Shown: positions 62,771 through 64,000 of the stretch, one piece after another
Layout: each line of letters begins with the position of its first letter
How positions within the stretch are numbered: position 1 is the stretch's first letter
Source of the DNA: Phoronis australis
Taxonomy: Eukaryota; Animalia; Phoronida
Length of the DNA: 64,000 nt
Direction: 5' to 3'
Assembly: GCA_002633005.1 (NCBI GenBank)
Contig: NMRA01000003.1
Coordinates: 1,335,543-1,399,542 of the forward strand
Made by a program: the position numbers and the translations under genes
Notes under the pieces: model-generated
The model's database searches: none
Seen by the model: only the letters and a program-made list of their open reading frames with translations
Told to the model about the DNA's origin: nothing

Positions 62771-62930
62771 ATGTATGTAAATATATATATATATACACTT
62801 GCGTGTGTGAGCATGTGCGTTTGTGTGCGTGCGCCTGCTTGTGTAAGTGTGTGTGTGTGTGTGTGTGTGGGCGCGCGCCCGAGCGCTGGCGCGTGTGTGT
62901 CTGTAGGCTTATGCGTGTGTATATATATAC
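62771..62930. repeat. Compound (TA)n/(TG)n/(CG) microsatellite
   Basis: Alternating purine-pyrimidine tracts. Confidence 0.9.
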
Positions 62931-64000
62931 ATTTATTACTGTAACAACGTTTTTTGCGACTTATGCACGCTTTTGATTTTTACAGTTAGAAAATATATAC
63001 ACAGTTTCATTAGTATTGCCAGTCATGTTTTAATCCATTCCACACACTGATACGTTTTTGTCAACTTATGAAGTGTGCTCTGTATAGGAGCACTTCAAAA
63101 AGAATAGAACGTCGGTTCATTCATTTTTTAAAATGAATGTTGACCTTTTCAGTGTTCTGAAGCTTGAGTTGATTTAGTTGAAATGTTGTTACCACAACAA
63201 GTCAACAAGATCTGTATAATACAAAATCGACAAATTTACAAAATATTCTTAACATAAAATAGAAAAACTCATTTTAATTTCAATTTTGAGAACACTGTTT
63301 TTCTGTTTTATTCATAAATGTATTGTTACCCTTTTTCGAGTTCAGGTGGTATTTCCCGGTACCTGCGTCTATTTAATCCATAATTCCCCAATACGAATGT
63401 TCCCCTGTCCCAATATTCCCAAGTATGCTACTGTTGTTTTCCATGCCCAATTTTCCACTTTCTTTATGGTCTCCTATCCCGACATTCTCCCGGCTCAAAA
63501 TTTCTGGGCTCCAATGTTTGATCTTTCCGATGCTTCTCCAGCACGGTGAAAACTAATGGTTCCGTTATAATATGGGTTTCATTTCAAGTTTTCTTTATAC
63601 CGGAGAGTCAGAATTTTTTGTTGGTCGTCTATAAAATCATGTACCAAATAGTTCATGATCTCCATTCGTTCGTGCATTTTCAAAGAATGCAAACCAATTG
63701 ATATACAGCGTATATTCAACAATGGCGTTTATTCGAGATTTGGAAACAGTTTTCACTGTGGTGACCACTTCAGTCTCCTGTAATCTGGTAATAAATCATC
63801 GCCTTGTGTCAAATAAAAGGCAAAACAAGATAAAGTCATCATTCATCTGCGATTAATAATACTCGCGCAGTCATTGGCGGCACAGCTCTTCCATCGTTCA
63901 ATTTTGCGTTTCCCTGTTCAATGAAAAGTTCTCCCACGTTTCCATTCAAGTTTATTTTGATAAAACAGTAAGATTAATATTTCTCTTAAACTTCTAGGGT

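Overview
AT-rich, intron-containing eukaryotic DNA, most plausibly from a marine invertebrate (a lophotrochozoan-like repeat landscape; the taxon is my inference). I reconstructed five protein-coding genes by hand from splice sites, phase continuity and remembered homology. (1) A single-coding-exon MFSD4/NaGLT1-like MFS transporter (-, 9721-11409). (2) The AP-4 accessory protein tepsin (-, 9 exons, 34608-21535; terminal exons not found). (3) A small Maf bZIP factor (-, 39781-38764) with two MARE palindromes at its own 5' end. (4) A divergently transcribed 9-exon gene (+, 44584-53679) resembling the plant 'ASCH-domain RNA-binding' proteins but lacking the ASCH domain, and ending in a domain that resembles bacterial polymorphic-toxin nuclease tips. 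(5) A secreted protein (-, 62349-56781) with three six-Cys modules and a chitin-binding CBM14-like domain. Between them lie a decayed Penelope-like element, an RTE-derived non-autonomous element, many MITEs (several with 5-bp TSDs), foldback palindromes, minisatellites and two probable haplotype-overlap assembly artefacts. No rRNA, tRNA or CRISPR array was seen. All homology calls come from motif recall, not from searches.
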